DNA of 64,000 nucleotides from Endomicrobiales bacterium (GTDB lineage: Bacteria; Elusimicrobiota; Endomicrobiia; Endomicrobiales; JAFGGC01), in the NCBI GenBank assembly GCA_016930715.1, contig JAFGGC010000013.1, positions 135,796 to 199,795 of the forward strand, written 5' to 3'. The notes under the pieces are model-generated. The model was given only the letters and a program-made list of their open reading frames with translations, was not told the DNA's origin and made no database searches. The position numbers and the translations under genes are program-made. Position 1 is the stretch's first letter. Each line of letters starts with the position of its first letter. Positions 20,169-29,025 of this stretch are shown here, piece after piece.

Positions 20169-21096
20169 CATCGTAATCCCGGTTTTCAACGAAAAGGGCA
20201 CGATAGAGGAGCTCTACGGGAAAATCAACAATGCCGTTAAAAATTTCCGTGAGATAATTTTCGTGGACGACGGCTCGTCGGACGGCAGTACGGAGATAAT
20301 CAGGGGGATCGCTTCCAAAGACAAAAAGGCGAGGGCGGTCGTCCTTTCAAGGAACTACGGGCAGACGGCCGCGCTCTCCACGGGTTTCTTGTGCGCGACG
20401 GGCGAATTCGTCGTGACGCTGGACGCCGACCTTCAGAACGACCCGGCGGACATACCGGAGCTGGTCAGGAAGGCGGAGGAGGGCTGGGACGTGGTTTCCG
20501 GATGGAGAAAAAAAAGGCAGGACCCTTTTTTAGCCAAGCAGCTGCCGAGCGCCGTCGCCAACGTGCTTATTTCGTCGATAACCGGAGTGCGGCTTCACGA
20601 TTACGGGTGCACCCTGAAGGCGTACAGGAGGAGTTTGCTTGAAAATCTCGTTCTGTACGGCGAGATGCACAGGTTCCTTCCGGCATACCTGGCCTGGAAC
20701 GGCGCCAGGATATGCGAGCTTTCGGTGAGCCATCACGCCAGGCGTTACGGCGAGTCCCATTACGGCCTTGAACGCGTGTTCAAGGTGGTGCTCGACCTTC
20801 TTGTCGCGAAATTTCTGCTTTCATACATCACCAAACCGATATACGTTTTCGGGGGGATGAGCCTTGTGTTTTTCCTGCTAAGCCTTCTGACCGGCGCGGC
20901 CGTGGTGGCAAGAAAGGTTTTTTACGAAGGACAATGGATAAGTCCTTTGATATTCGTATGTTTCTTTCTTGCCGGTGTTTCAGTGCTGTGCCTTCTTATG
21001 GGTTTTCTTGCCGAGATAATGACTAGGATATACTTCGAGGCCCGGAAGACGCCTCCGTGCGTCATCAAAGAAAAGATCAATTGTGAGCGGAATTGA
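20158..21096 (+). CDS. GT2 polyprenol-phosphate glycosyltransferase (GtrB/ArnC/Dpm1-like)
   Basis: SIVIPVFNE, FVDDGSSDGS, RNYGQTAA, LDADLQNDPADIPELV and GWRKKRQDPF, with two C-terminal TMs. This is the typical lipid-carrier sugar synthase layout. Confidence 0.85.
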   Translation: MDISIVIPVFNEKGTIEELYGKINNAVKNFREIIFVDDGSSDGSTEIIRGIASKDKKARAVVLSRNYGQTAALSTGFLCATGEFVVTLDADLQNDPADIPELVRKAEEGWDVVSGWRKKRQDPFLAKQLPSAVANVLISSITGVRLHDYGCTLKAYRRSLLENLVLYGEMHRFLPAYLAWNGARICELSVSHHARRYGESHYGLERVFKVVLDLLVAKFLLSYITKPIYVFGGMSLVFFLLSLLTGAAVVARKVFYEGQWISPLIFVCFFLAGVSVLCLLMGFLAEIMTRIYFEARKTPPCVIKEKINCERN

Positions 21097-24000
21097 CCTT
21101 CTTATCGGAAAAGCAAGAATAAGGCTTCTGGCGTCGCGGGCGGCGGAATACGCGTCCGGATGGCTGTTGTGGAATTTTTCGGCACTTGTCCTGTGGATCC
21201 TCTGCGATCTGATTTTTGTCCTTGACCCCCTTTCCAGAAAATCCTTCTATTTTGCGAGCGCGGCGATACTGCTTGCCTGGCTGTTGAGGTTCGCGCGCTC
21301 CGTTTCAGGCGGAAGGCTTTCCGAAAAAAACATACTCGTGCTGGTCGGGGAGAGGGCGCCCGATCTGGGGGACGGGCTCGTGAGCTCGTGGCAGTTGTCG
21401 CGCGCGGGAACGTCCGGTGTTTCGAGGGAACTGATAGAAACCCACGGGGAAAGAATAAATGAAAAGATCAGAAGGACGGATTTAGGCGCTGTCATACCGC
21501 TGGTCACCAAAAAAACGGCCCTGTACCTGAAGGTAATAATTCCGGCCGTTTTTCTGGCAGGAACGCTTGTCTGCGCGCCGCCGGGGGTATTGAGGGCGCC
21601 GTTTCTAAGGGTCGCGAAATCTCTTTTTCCTGCAGACTGGAGGGAATGGCTGGCGGTCGAGCCGCGCAGCGCCTCGGTCCCTTCCGGCAGCGCGGTCACG
21701 GTGAAACTCGAAAAGAAACAGGCCATTCAGGGGATTCCGCGCCTCTGGATAAGGACCGAACGAGGCCCGTGGACGAAAAACGATTTTACTTTCGCGGGAA
21801 AAGGTTCGTACTATTTCGAGATGGAAAAAATAGTATCCGAAACCGAGTACTACGCGGTCCTGGGCGACATCGAAACGGAGCGGTTCGTGCTCAAGCCCGT
21901 GACCTTTCCTAAACTCGGGAACTTTAGGATAAGCGTCCTGTATCCTTCATACACGGGGCTGACGGAGCCGGTGTTTTCTGAGAATCCGAATATCTCCGCG
22001 CCTGCCGGTTCAACTGTCAGGATAGCGGCCGAATCGGACAAGCCGCTTGCCGGGGTCGCCGTAAAAACAAGCTGGGGCGCGAGGCCAGCCGTCAAGCGCG
22101 GCAAGCGGAAACTTGATTTTAGTTTCACGATAAGCAAGGATGGCGATTTCAGGATACTGGCCGTCGGCGCCGACGGCGCGCGGGATCCCGATCCGGCGCG
22201 GTACCAGGTTTCGGTTCTGCGGGATGACACCCCGGACGTCAGGATCGTTTCGCCGGATGGCGACCTTCTCGTTTCAGAAGGCGCCGGGATACCGGTGATA
22301 ATCAGCGCTTCGGATGATTTCGGCGTTACGGGGATAGACGTGGTGTACAGGATTGACGGCGCGGGCGAGCGCAGGATAAATGTCGCGAAGTATCACGCCG
22401 CCAGAGAGTTCAGCGTGAACCTTGAACATATCTTAAAACCATCTTCGTTGGGCGTGAGGCCTGGCGGGAAAATAGCGTACTACGCCCAGGCGTTCGATAA
22501 CGACACCGTGTCTGGGCCGAAATCGTCCGTTTCCGCGCCGAGGAACGTTGAGGTCACGGATTCGATGAACGAGCACGAAAAGATCGAAGCCGGCGTAAAG
22601 GATCTCAGAGACTCCCTTCTGAACCTTCTGGCGGACCAGATGCAGGCGCGGGAGAAGACCGAGAAGCTTGAAGTGCGTTTTTCCTCGCGGGCCTATTCCG
22701 GCGCGCTGGAACTCCAAAAAAGAATCCTGGACAACGCGCGCAAGGGCTCTGACGGGCTTTCAGAACTGGTTTCAAGGATGGAACGCGACCCGTACACGGA
22801 TTTTTCAACGTTTTCAGAGTACAGAGGCATGAAGTCGCACCTTGATTACGTAAGGGACGATTTGATGCAAAAAGCGCAAGACGCCCTTGAAAGAAAGGAT
22901 TTCAGCGGCGCGGGGCTGAACCAGAAAGAGGCCGTGGCCGAGCTGGAAAAGATTTCACTCCTTGCGGAGGATATATTCGAATACCAGAAGATGCGGGACT
23001 TGCTGGCGAGCGCCGATGACCTGCACAGGAGGGTCTCGGATTTCAAGAGCGCCCTCAATGATTCCAGAGACGGCGCGGCCATGAAGGATGCATACGGCAG
23101 GATACAAGAACTGCTCGAAAAAATAAACGTGCAGCTGTCCAGGCTCGGCAGCGAACTGCCGGAGGATTTCGTGAATTCCCCGGCCGTCAAAAAGATCGAC
23201 ATGAACGAGTACCGCGACCTCTCCAAAAGGCTCGAGGATGCGATCGAAAACGGCAATTTAGAAGAGGCCGGAAAACTTGCCGAGGAATTCGAGAAAAGCC
23301 TCAAGAACCTTTCCGAAATGCTGGATTTGGCGGGAAAGAATATAGGTTTTTCTTCGTCGCTCAGCGCGGAGCTGTCTGAAAAGATAGAACGGTACAGGGC
23401 CGAACTTTCAAGAATAATAGACGAGCAGGAACAGATAACGTCCAGGACCGAGAAGCTCAATTCGCTTTATGAGGAGTTGCTGAACCGGGAACAGGAAAAA
23501 CTTTTTCCCGAGCTTGCCAGGAAACAGAAGAAACTGGTAAATTCGGCGGAATCCTCCAGGGAAGCTTTTCTCAAAGCCGGGACGTGGAAAATGGGAGAAA
23601 CATTGAAGCTGATGAGTAAGGTGCTTGAAGAATTCGAGGGGAAAAGAGCCTTTAATTCTCAAAAATATCTCAAGGACATCATAGACAACATGGAAGAGGC
23701 GAAAAAGCGCGTTGAGAAAGACGAACCGCTTTCCGCCAAAGCCGCCGGGATCGCGAATGGCGAAAAGGAGATACTTGAAATCCTTAAAAATGAAACCGAA
23801 CAAATCCCTTTCGGCCCTTCCGACAGGAAAAAGATGGGAGAATTAAAGGACGATCAGTCCCGTCTTTCCCGGGACACCAGGAAACTCCGCGAATCGGCCG
23901 GCGAATTCACGCGGAAAAGCATGTTGATGGATCCTTCGGTTTTCATGAACCTCAAGATGGCGGAGTACAGCATGAACGGCGCCGCCTCCGGCCTGTCGGA

Positions 24001-24316
24001 AGAGAAAATACCCAGTGCGCTTGAAAACTCGAGGCTCGCGCTTGAATACCTGAAAGGGACCGGAGAGGCTTTCCAGTCGGCCGGGTCGGGGTTGTCGGAC
24101 ATGCAGAAAAAAGCGGGGACTCCCGTGACGGGCCTTATAAAGATAAAACGGGGCGGAATGACCGGTTTTTCGGCCCAACCGGTGAAGCTTCCGGGGATAG
24201 AGGATTATAAACCTCCCCGGGAGTTCAGACAGGAGATAATGGAAGCCCTGAGGGAAAAATACCCTCAGGAATACGAAAAGATGATCAAGGAATACTACAG
24301 GAAACTCACGGAGTGA
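21083..24316 (+). CDS. DUF4175-like large envelope protein (2 N-terminal TMs, beta-rich region, long coiled coil)
   Basis: Two N-terminal TMs, an Ig-like middle region and a roughly 450-aa E/K/L-rich coiled coil. The C-terminus EFRQEIMEALREKYPQEYEKMIKEYYRKLTE is as I recall for DUF4175 members of Bat-type operons. The GTG start overlaps the GT2 gene. Confidence 0.55.
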   Translation: MSGIDLLIGKARIRLLASRAAEYASGWLLWNFSALVLWILCDLIFVLDPLSRKSFYFASAAILLAWLLRFARSVSGGRLSEKNILVLVGERAPDLGDGLVSSWQLSRAGTSGVSRELIETHGERINEKIRRTDLGAVIPLVTKKTALYLKVIIPAVFLAGTLVCAPPGVLRAPFLRVAKSLFPADWREWLAVEPRSASVPSGSAVTVKLEKKQAIQGIPRLWIRTERGPWTKNDFTFAGKGSYYFEMEKIVSETEYYAVLGDIETERFVLKPVTFPKLGNFRISVLYPSYTGLTEPVFSENPNISAPAGSTVRIAAESDKPLAGVAVKTSWGARPAVKRGKRKLDFSFTISKDGDFRILAVGADGARDPDPARYQVSVLRDDTPDVRIVSPDGDLLVSEGAGIPVIISASDDFGVTGIDVVYRIDGAGERRINVAKYHAAREFSVNLEHILKPSSLGVRPGGKIAYYAQAFDNDTVSGPKSSVSAPRNVEVTDSMNEHEKIEAGVKDLRDSLLNLLADQMQAREKTEKLEVRFSSRAYSGALELQKRILDNARKGSDGLSELVSRMERDPYTDFSTFSEYRGMKSHLDYVRDDLMQKAQDALERKDFSGAGLNQKEAVAELEKISLLAEDIFEYQKMRDLLASADDLHRRVSDFKSALNDSRDGAAMKDAYGRIQELLEKINVQLSRLGSELPEDFVNSPAVKKIDMNEYRDLSKRLEDAIENGNLEEAGKLAEEFEKSLKNLSEMLDLAGKNIGFSSSLSAELSEKIERYRAELSRIIDEQEQITSRTEKLNSLYEELLNREQEKLFPELARKQKKLVNSAESSREAFLKAGTWKMGETLKLMSKVLEEFEGKRAFNSQKYLKDIIDNMEEAKKRVEKDEPLSAKAAGIANGEKEILEILKNETEQIPFGPSDRKKMGELKDDQSRLSRDTRKLRESAGEFTRKSMLMDPSVFMNLKMAEYSMNGAASGLSEEKIPSALENSRLALEYLKGTGEAFQSAGSGLSDMQKKAGTPVTGLIKIKRGGMTGFSAQPVKLPGIEDYKPPREFRQEIMEALREKYPQEYEKMIKEYYRKLTE

Positions 24317-24357
24317 TCAATAGAGGCAGCGAAAATTGAAAAAATTTAGAATTAAAA

Positions 24358-25926
24358 ATGAAAATCATGAAATTTGAAACAGCTGTCGTCCTGGGGTTGT
24401 TTTTCGTGTTTGCCTCGAGCGGTCACTGTTCGAGCAGCGAAAACGCCGATATCGAAAGGCTTCTTGAATGCGGGGAGTTTGCCGCGGCTCAGAACAGGAT
24501 CGAACGGTTCGAGGACGATAGGGAAAGGGCTTACTGGAAATCGAAAGAATTGTTCTACAGGGGCGATTACCGCGGGGCGTTTGACGAGATGAACGGGGTT
24601 CTTGGCTCGGAGAAAGGCGAAGAGAAATGGATATATTTCAGGGACTATTGCGCTCTTGTGTGGAACAGTATAAAAGACCACGAGGCATTCCTTAGCGAGC
24701 ACTTCGTTATCAAAGCCAGGGACGAAGATGTCATACTGGCGGATTATGCCCTCGATGCTCTTGAAAAGGCCTATGAGAAGATAGGCGGCAGTCTCGGTGT
24801 TTTTCCTGAAGACAGGGTAACCGTCGAGATATATCCGGACAAGGAATCTTTCGCGATCGCATCCACGCTCGGCATGAAAACGCTCGAAAAAAGCGGGACG
24901 GTGGGCATCTGCAAGTTCAACCGCATAATGATGATATCGCCCCGCGCCCTGCCGCTTGGTTTTGCCTGGCAGGACACGCTCGCGCACGAGTACACTCACT
25001 TCCTGATAAACAGGAAAAGCGCCGGAATGTGCCCCCTCTGGCTGCACGAAGGCATAGCGAGATATTTCGAGACAACGTGGCGGCTGGATAAGCCGTATTT
25101 CATCAGCCAGTCTGCGGAAAACCTTATCGTTAAAGCCGTGAAGAACAAAAGCTTCATTTCGTTCAAAAGGATGCATCCTTCGATGGTTTACCTCAAGGAC
25201 CGCGACGAGATATCCCTTGCTTTCGGCGAGGTGGCGTATTCGGTCGACTATGTAATCAAGGAATACGGCAAGAAAAAGATCGGCGAACTGCTCGGGGAGA
25301 TGCCGTCCGGCGGCGTGGACGGGGCGTTTTCAAAAACGTTGTCGGTGTCGCAAAGGAAGTTCGAAAAAAACTTCTTTAGATACCTTGCCTCTCTTGATCT
25401 CGCGCTTTCAGAAGGCTCGATGAACGATCAGCCGGACTATTCTCGCAAGGATGAAGAGGCTTTCATAGGGGCTGATCTTGCCGGTACTGTGCGCCTGGGT
25501 GACAGGATGCGCCGGATAAAACGCTTTGACGCCGCTGTAGAGCACTACCAAGAAGCGCTTGAAAGCGAGCCGTCGAACCCGGTGATACTTCTCAAGAAAT
25601 CGAAGGCGCTCGTCATGCTGGGGCGCTACGAGGAAGCCGCGGACGCGCTTGAAGCGGCCATATCGGACAACCCGGGCTACGTGACCCTTTATGAAACGCT
25701 CGGGGGGGTATATTTCGCGCGCAAGGATTACGGCAAATCAGCAAAAGTATTCCTTGGAGCGGTCGCGATAAACCCGTACAACCCGGAGACCCACAGGTTC
25801 CTGTGGCAATGTTACCTGGCCAAAAACGACAATGCAAAAGCCCTGAATGAAATGCGGATCGAGCTCATCCTTGATCCCGGCGATTTTCAGACGAGGATTT
25901 TGTACGAAAAGATGAAAAGTCAATAG
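24358..25926 (+). CDS. Secreted HEXXH metallopeptidase-like (peptidase MA) protein with C-terminal TPRs
   Basis: Signal peptide, the HEXXH motif LAHEYTHFLIN followed by WLHEGIARYFE, and a C-terminal TPR region (AVEHYQEALESEPSNPVILLKKSKALVMLGRYEEA...). Confidence 0.65.
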   Translation: MKIMKFETAVVLGLFFVFASSGHCSSSENADIERLLECGEFAAAQNRIERFEDDRERAYWKSKELFYRGDYRGAFDEMNGVLGSEKGEEKWIYFRDYCALVWNSIKDHEAFLSEHFVIKARDEDVILADYALDALEKAYEKIGGSLGVFPEDRVTVEIYPDKESFAIASTLGMKTLEKSGTVGICKFNRIMMISPRALPLGFAWQDTLAHEYTHFLINRKSAGMCPLWLHEGIARYFETTWRLDKPYFISQSAENLIVKAVKNKSFISFKRMHPSMVYLKDRDEISLAFGEVAYSVDYVIKEYGKKKIGELLGEMPSGGVDGAFSKTLSVSQRKFEKNFFRYLASLDLALSEGSMNDQPDYSRKDEEAFIGADLAGTVRLGDRMRRIKRFDAAVEHYQEALESEPSNPVILLKKSKALVMLGRYEEAADALEAAISDNPGYVTLYETLGGVYFARKDYGKSAKVFLGAVAINPYNPETHRFLWQCYLAKNDNAKALNEMRIELILDPGDFQTRILYEKMKSQ

Positions 25927-25983
25927 CCGTGTCCCGGGTGCGGATGCGGTTCCCGGGCGGGGAAAACCAGTTGCCGGCTGAGC

Positions 25984-26012
25984 TTTACTCCGGCCGTATT
26001 TTCTGCTATTAT
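25984..26012 (+). promoter_or_regulatory. Possible promoter upstream of the CpXC gene
   Basis: TTTACT (25984-25989), a 17-nt spacer, then TATTAT (26007-26012). Hexamer match only. Confidence 0.3.
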
Positions 26013-26025
26013 TTAGAAACCAGCC

Positions 26026-26682
26026 ATGTCAATGTCAAAACTTGAGGAAATCACCTGTCCGTGTGGAGAGAAGTTCGAGGCGGAGCTCTGGAACGCGATA
26101 AACGCCGTCGAAGACCCCGAGCTTAAAGAGGCGCTTATCTCGGGAGAGATAAACGTCGTGTGCTGCCCCGCCTGCGGAGAGATATTCTACGCGGAGCATT
26201 TCCTTCTCTACCACGATTCAAGGAACGAGATAATAGCGTTCGTGTACCCGTCAAGTTTCCAGCATCAGGCGACATACTGGGCGGAGAAAATGCGCAGGGA
26301 TTTCGAGACGGCGGTCGCGGAGTTGATGCCCGAAGAACGCGTGGACTATGAGCCGGTACTGCTGTTCGGCCTGGATTCCCTTGCCGACCTTCTCCGCGCC
26401 GAAGACGAAGAGGGTGACGAAGTCACGATACTCGAACACGTCGCCAGCGACCTCAAGTTAAAGCTGATTAACCTGAAACCCTCCCTGGCAAGGCCCATGC
26501 GGATGCCAAGAGTCATTCCGTGCTGCGGTGGTGCCAAGTCCGACGACATGCGTGAAGAGATAATGGACGGACTGCGTAAACTCCTCAAACATAACACTAA
26601 TCTTGAAGCCTACAGAAAACTCCTTGATTCCATCGAACGCAATAAAAACTGGAAACTTGACAAGAAACTCCTGAAGAAATGA
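26026..26682 (+). CDS. CpXC domain protein
   Basis: ITCPCGEKFEAELWNAINAVEDPELKEALISGEINVVCCPACGEIF. The two CxxC pairs and their spacing fit the CpXC domain. Confidence 0.65.
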   Translation: MSMSKLEEITCPCGEKFEAELWNAINAVEDPELKEALISGEINVVCCPACGEIFYAEHFLLYHDSRNEIIAFVYPSSFQHQATYWAEKMRRDFETAVAELMPEERVDYEPVLLFGLDSLADLLRAEDEEGDEVTILEHVASDLKLKLINLKPSLARPMRMPRVIPCCGGAKSDDMREEIMDGLRKLLKHNTNLEAYRKLLDSIERNKNWKLDKKLLKK

Positions 26683-26843
26683 CGAGAACCTCGCGCGATG
26701 CTGCGGGATCGTTCCGGATGCCGTATTCGTTTCTCAACTGATAACCCGTCTCTTCGGCGGGTCAAACGAGAGATTGGTTTGACTTGAATCTATGATTCGA
26801 ACGATACTTCGTGAAAAATCAATAGTAAATTGGGGTTTTTCGT

Positions 26844-28634
26844 TTGAAAAAAGGTGAGATTCTCCTATCGTTGTCCATAGTCGTCCTGTTCGTGATACTG
26901 TCGTTCAGGCCGTGCTTCGACGCGGGTTTCGTGAACCTCGACGACGACGTGCTCGTGACGGGCAATCCCCAGATAAAGTCGCTTTCCGCAAAGAGCGTCG
27001 CGAAGATGTTCTTGGCTCCCTATAACGGGTTGTACCACCCGCTCGTGACCCTTTCGTACGCGGTCGAGCGCAGGATATTCGGCCTCGACCCCGCGGTTTA
27101 TCACACGACGAACCTGCTCCTTCACGTTTTTAACACCCTTCTCGTTTTCTGGATGTTGTTCCTGTTAAAGAAAGACGTGCTGTTTGCCGCGCTGGGAGCG
27201 CTTTTTTTCGGCATACATCCCGTGCACGTCGAATCCGTGGCCTGGATAAGCGAAAGAAAGGACGTGCTCTACGGTTTCTTCTTTCTCGGTTCTCTCGTCT
27301 TCTACCTGAGGTATGTTTTGTCTGCGAAAAGGGTCGATTTTGCGTTCTCGCTCGTGTTTTTTGTTCTCTCGCTTTTTTCGAAATCCATGGCCGTGTCGCT
27401 GCCCTTGGTCATCGTGCTGATCGACGTGTATTCCAAGCGCTCGCGGGACAAAAAAGTGATTATGGAAAAACTGCCCTTTCTTGCCGTTGCGCTTGTTTTC
27501 GGGGCGCTGGCCCTGTTGGTACATTACGTGCGGGGTCCGAGGGGAGGAGCGCCGAGCATCGACCCGGCGGCGGCCGTTATCGAGGCATCAAACAACATAT
27601 TGTTTTACGCGGTGAAGTTCTTCCATCCGTCCGGGTTGTCCGTCCACTATCCGTATTCGGGCGCCGGCTGGAGCGGATTCTTCGGGTCGATGTTCGCTGC
27701 CCTGCCGCTTATTGCGATCCTGACGGTTATAAGCATAAGGTTGTTCAAACACAACCGCCTCGCGGTTTTCGGGGCGTTTTTTTATGTTCTTGCGATACTG
27801 CCCGCCTCTCAGATAATACCGTTCGGCCAGAAGGTGCCCGCGGACAGGTACAACTACATTCCGTCAATAGGTCTTCTGATGCTGGCGCTTGAGCTCCTGT
27901 GGCGTTTTTACGCCTGGAGGACCGTCTTTAACAGGGTCAAAAAAGCTGTCGTCGTCTTTGCCGTTTTTTTTCTTGCGATATATTCGAGCAACGCGACGTT
28001 CAACAGGTGTTTAGTGTGGGAGGACAGCATTATCCTCTGGAATGACGTCATAAGGAAACACCCTTATTCGGCCAGGGCATATAAGTTCCGTGCCGACGCT
28101 TACAAGGACAACAAGGAGTATGAAAAAGCGTTCGTGAACTACGCAAAAGCGATAGAATTAAAGGAAGACTATGCCGAGAGCTACAACAACCGCGGGAACC
28201 TCTATAACGCTCTCGGGCGCCACGCAGACGCCGTCGCTGATTTCACGAAAGCCGTCGAGATACTGCCGGGATACACGGACGCGGTCTATAACAGGGCGTT
28301 AGCGTGGCAGGGCGCGGGAAAACCCAAAAAAGCCCTCGAAGATTACAGTCACGTGATAATGAAGGATCCCGGGCACGCGGCGGCCTTTAATAACAGGGGA
28401 GTGCTGCTGGCGCGGATGGGCGATATGTCCGGCGCGGTCCGGGATTTTAATTCCGCCGTATGCCTTGATCCGGAGTTTGACAGCGCGTACCTTAACAGGG
28501 CGCTGGCTCTATACGAGCTCGGGGATCATGAAGGGGCCCGCAGGGACGCCAGGCGTCTTGCCGGGCGGAGGGTTAAGCTGCCCGAAAAATTTGTGAAAAA
28601 GTTGTTGAAAGAGCAGCGGAAAATGATAGAATGA
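26844..28634 (+). CDS. TMTC-like GT-C membrane domain (DUF1736-type) fused to TPR repeats
   Basis: The first loop is FVNLDDDVLVTGNPQI. Also seen are YHPLVTLSYAVE, HTTNLLLHVFNTLLVF and GIHPVHVESVAWISERKDVLYGFFFL. The C-terminus has 5-6 TPRs (AESYNNRGNLYNALGRHADAVADFTKAVEILPG...). TTG start. Confidence 0.7.
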   Translation: MKKGEILLSLSIVVLFVILSFRPCFDAGFVNLDDDVLVTGNPQIKSLSAKSVAKMFLAPYNGLYHPLVTLSYAVERRIFGLDPAVYHTTNLLLHVFNTLLVFWMLFLLKKDVLFAALGALFFGIHPVHVESVAWISERKDVLYGFFFLGSLVFYLRYVLSAKRVDFAFSLVFFVLSLFSKSMAVSLPLVIVLIDVYSKRSRDKKVIMEKLPFLAVALVFGALALLVHYVRGPRGGAPSIDPAAAVIEASNNILFYAVKFFHPSGLSVHYPYSGAGWSGFFGSMFAALPLIAILTVISIRLFKHNRLAVFGAFFYVLAILPASQIIPFGQKVPADRYNYIPSIGLLMLALELLWRFYAWRTVFNRVKKAVVVFAVFFLAIYSSNATFNRCLVWEDSIILWNDVIRKHPYSARAYKFRADAYKDNKEYEKAFVNYAKAIELKEDYAESYNNRGNLYNALGRHADAVADFTKAVEILPGYTDAVYNRALAWQGAGKPKKALEDYSHVIMKDPGHAAAFNNRGVLLARMGDMSGAVRDFNSAVCLDPEFDSAYLNRALALYELGDHEGARRDARRLAGRRVKLPEKFVKKLLKEQRKMIE

Positions 28635-28683
28635 AGCAAGTCGGGCGTTTTGTTTTTTAAAAGCTGCCGCAAAAGAAATTAAT

Positions 28684-29025
28684 ATGTGCAAATACTCGCT
28701 TAAGTTCATCATCGGAATGATATTCCTTCTTACGAACAATGTCGTCGGATGGTCCGGGCTTGCCGCCGGCGCGTATTTCATGCGGAGGACGGGAAAGAAA
28801 CTCTTCATGAGCGCGGGGACTTTTGTGTACGCGGTCTCGTGGGCGATGCTCCTTGCCGGCGCCTATCTCGTGGGCCCGGACGGTGTTTGTTTCGCCAGGG
28901 AACTCCTGAAAAAGCACAGGATCGAAAGCTTTATCGTTTTTTCGTTGATAATAATCGCCGCATCGTTTTACGTAATTGCAAAGAGAAAGAAAGTCTATGC
29001 GATCAAGCCTTCCGGTCAGGTCTGA
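28684..29025 (+). CDS. Small hypothetical membrane protein (3-4 TM)
   Basis: The ORF has hydrophobic segments (IIGMIFLLTNNVVGWSGLAAGAYF, FVYAVSWAMLLAGAYLV, FIVFSLIIIAASFYVI). I recognised no family. It overlaps the next gene by 29 nt. Confidence 0.35.
   Translation: MCKYSLKFIIGMIFLLTNNVVGWSGLAAGAYFMRRTGKKLFMSAGTFVYAVSWAMLLAGAYLVGPDGVCFARELLKKHRIESFIVFSLIIIAASFYVIAKRKKVYAIKPSGQV

Noticed and set aside
20508-20515. The A8 homopolymer tracts inside genes (20508-20515 in the GT2 gene, 7673-7680 in the BatA-like gene, 4511-4518 in xerD) could be phase-variation switches.
   Set aside because: Eight A's is short for slipped-strand switching. Such tracts occur in unrelated housekeeping genes here (Lys-rich coding), and all frames are intact.
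24352-25176. There are long minus-strand ORFs of 150-311 aa. Examples are 24352-25176, 34393-35328, 9158-9946, 32899-33678, 58321-59085 and 60189-61022.
   Set aside because: Each lies entirely antisense to a + strand gene with strong family motifs (HEXXH peptidase, kinase, DUF4159, ScpB, DusB, LarC). Their translations are Arg/Pro/Gly-rich with no recognisable motif. They are shadow ORFs.
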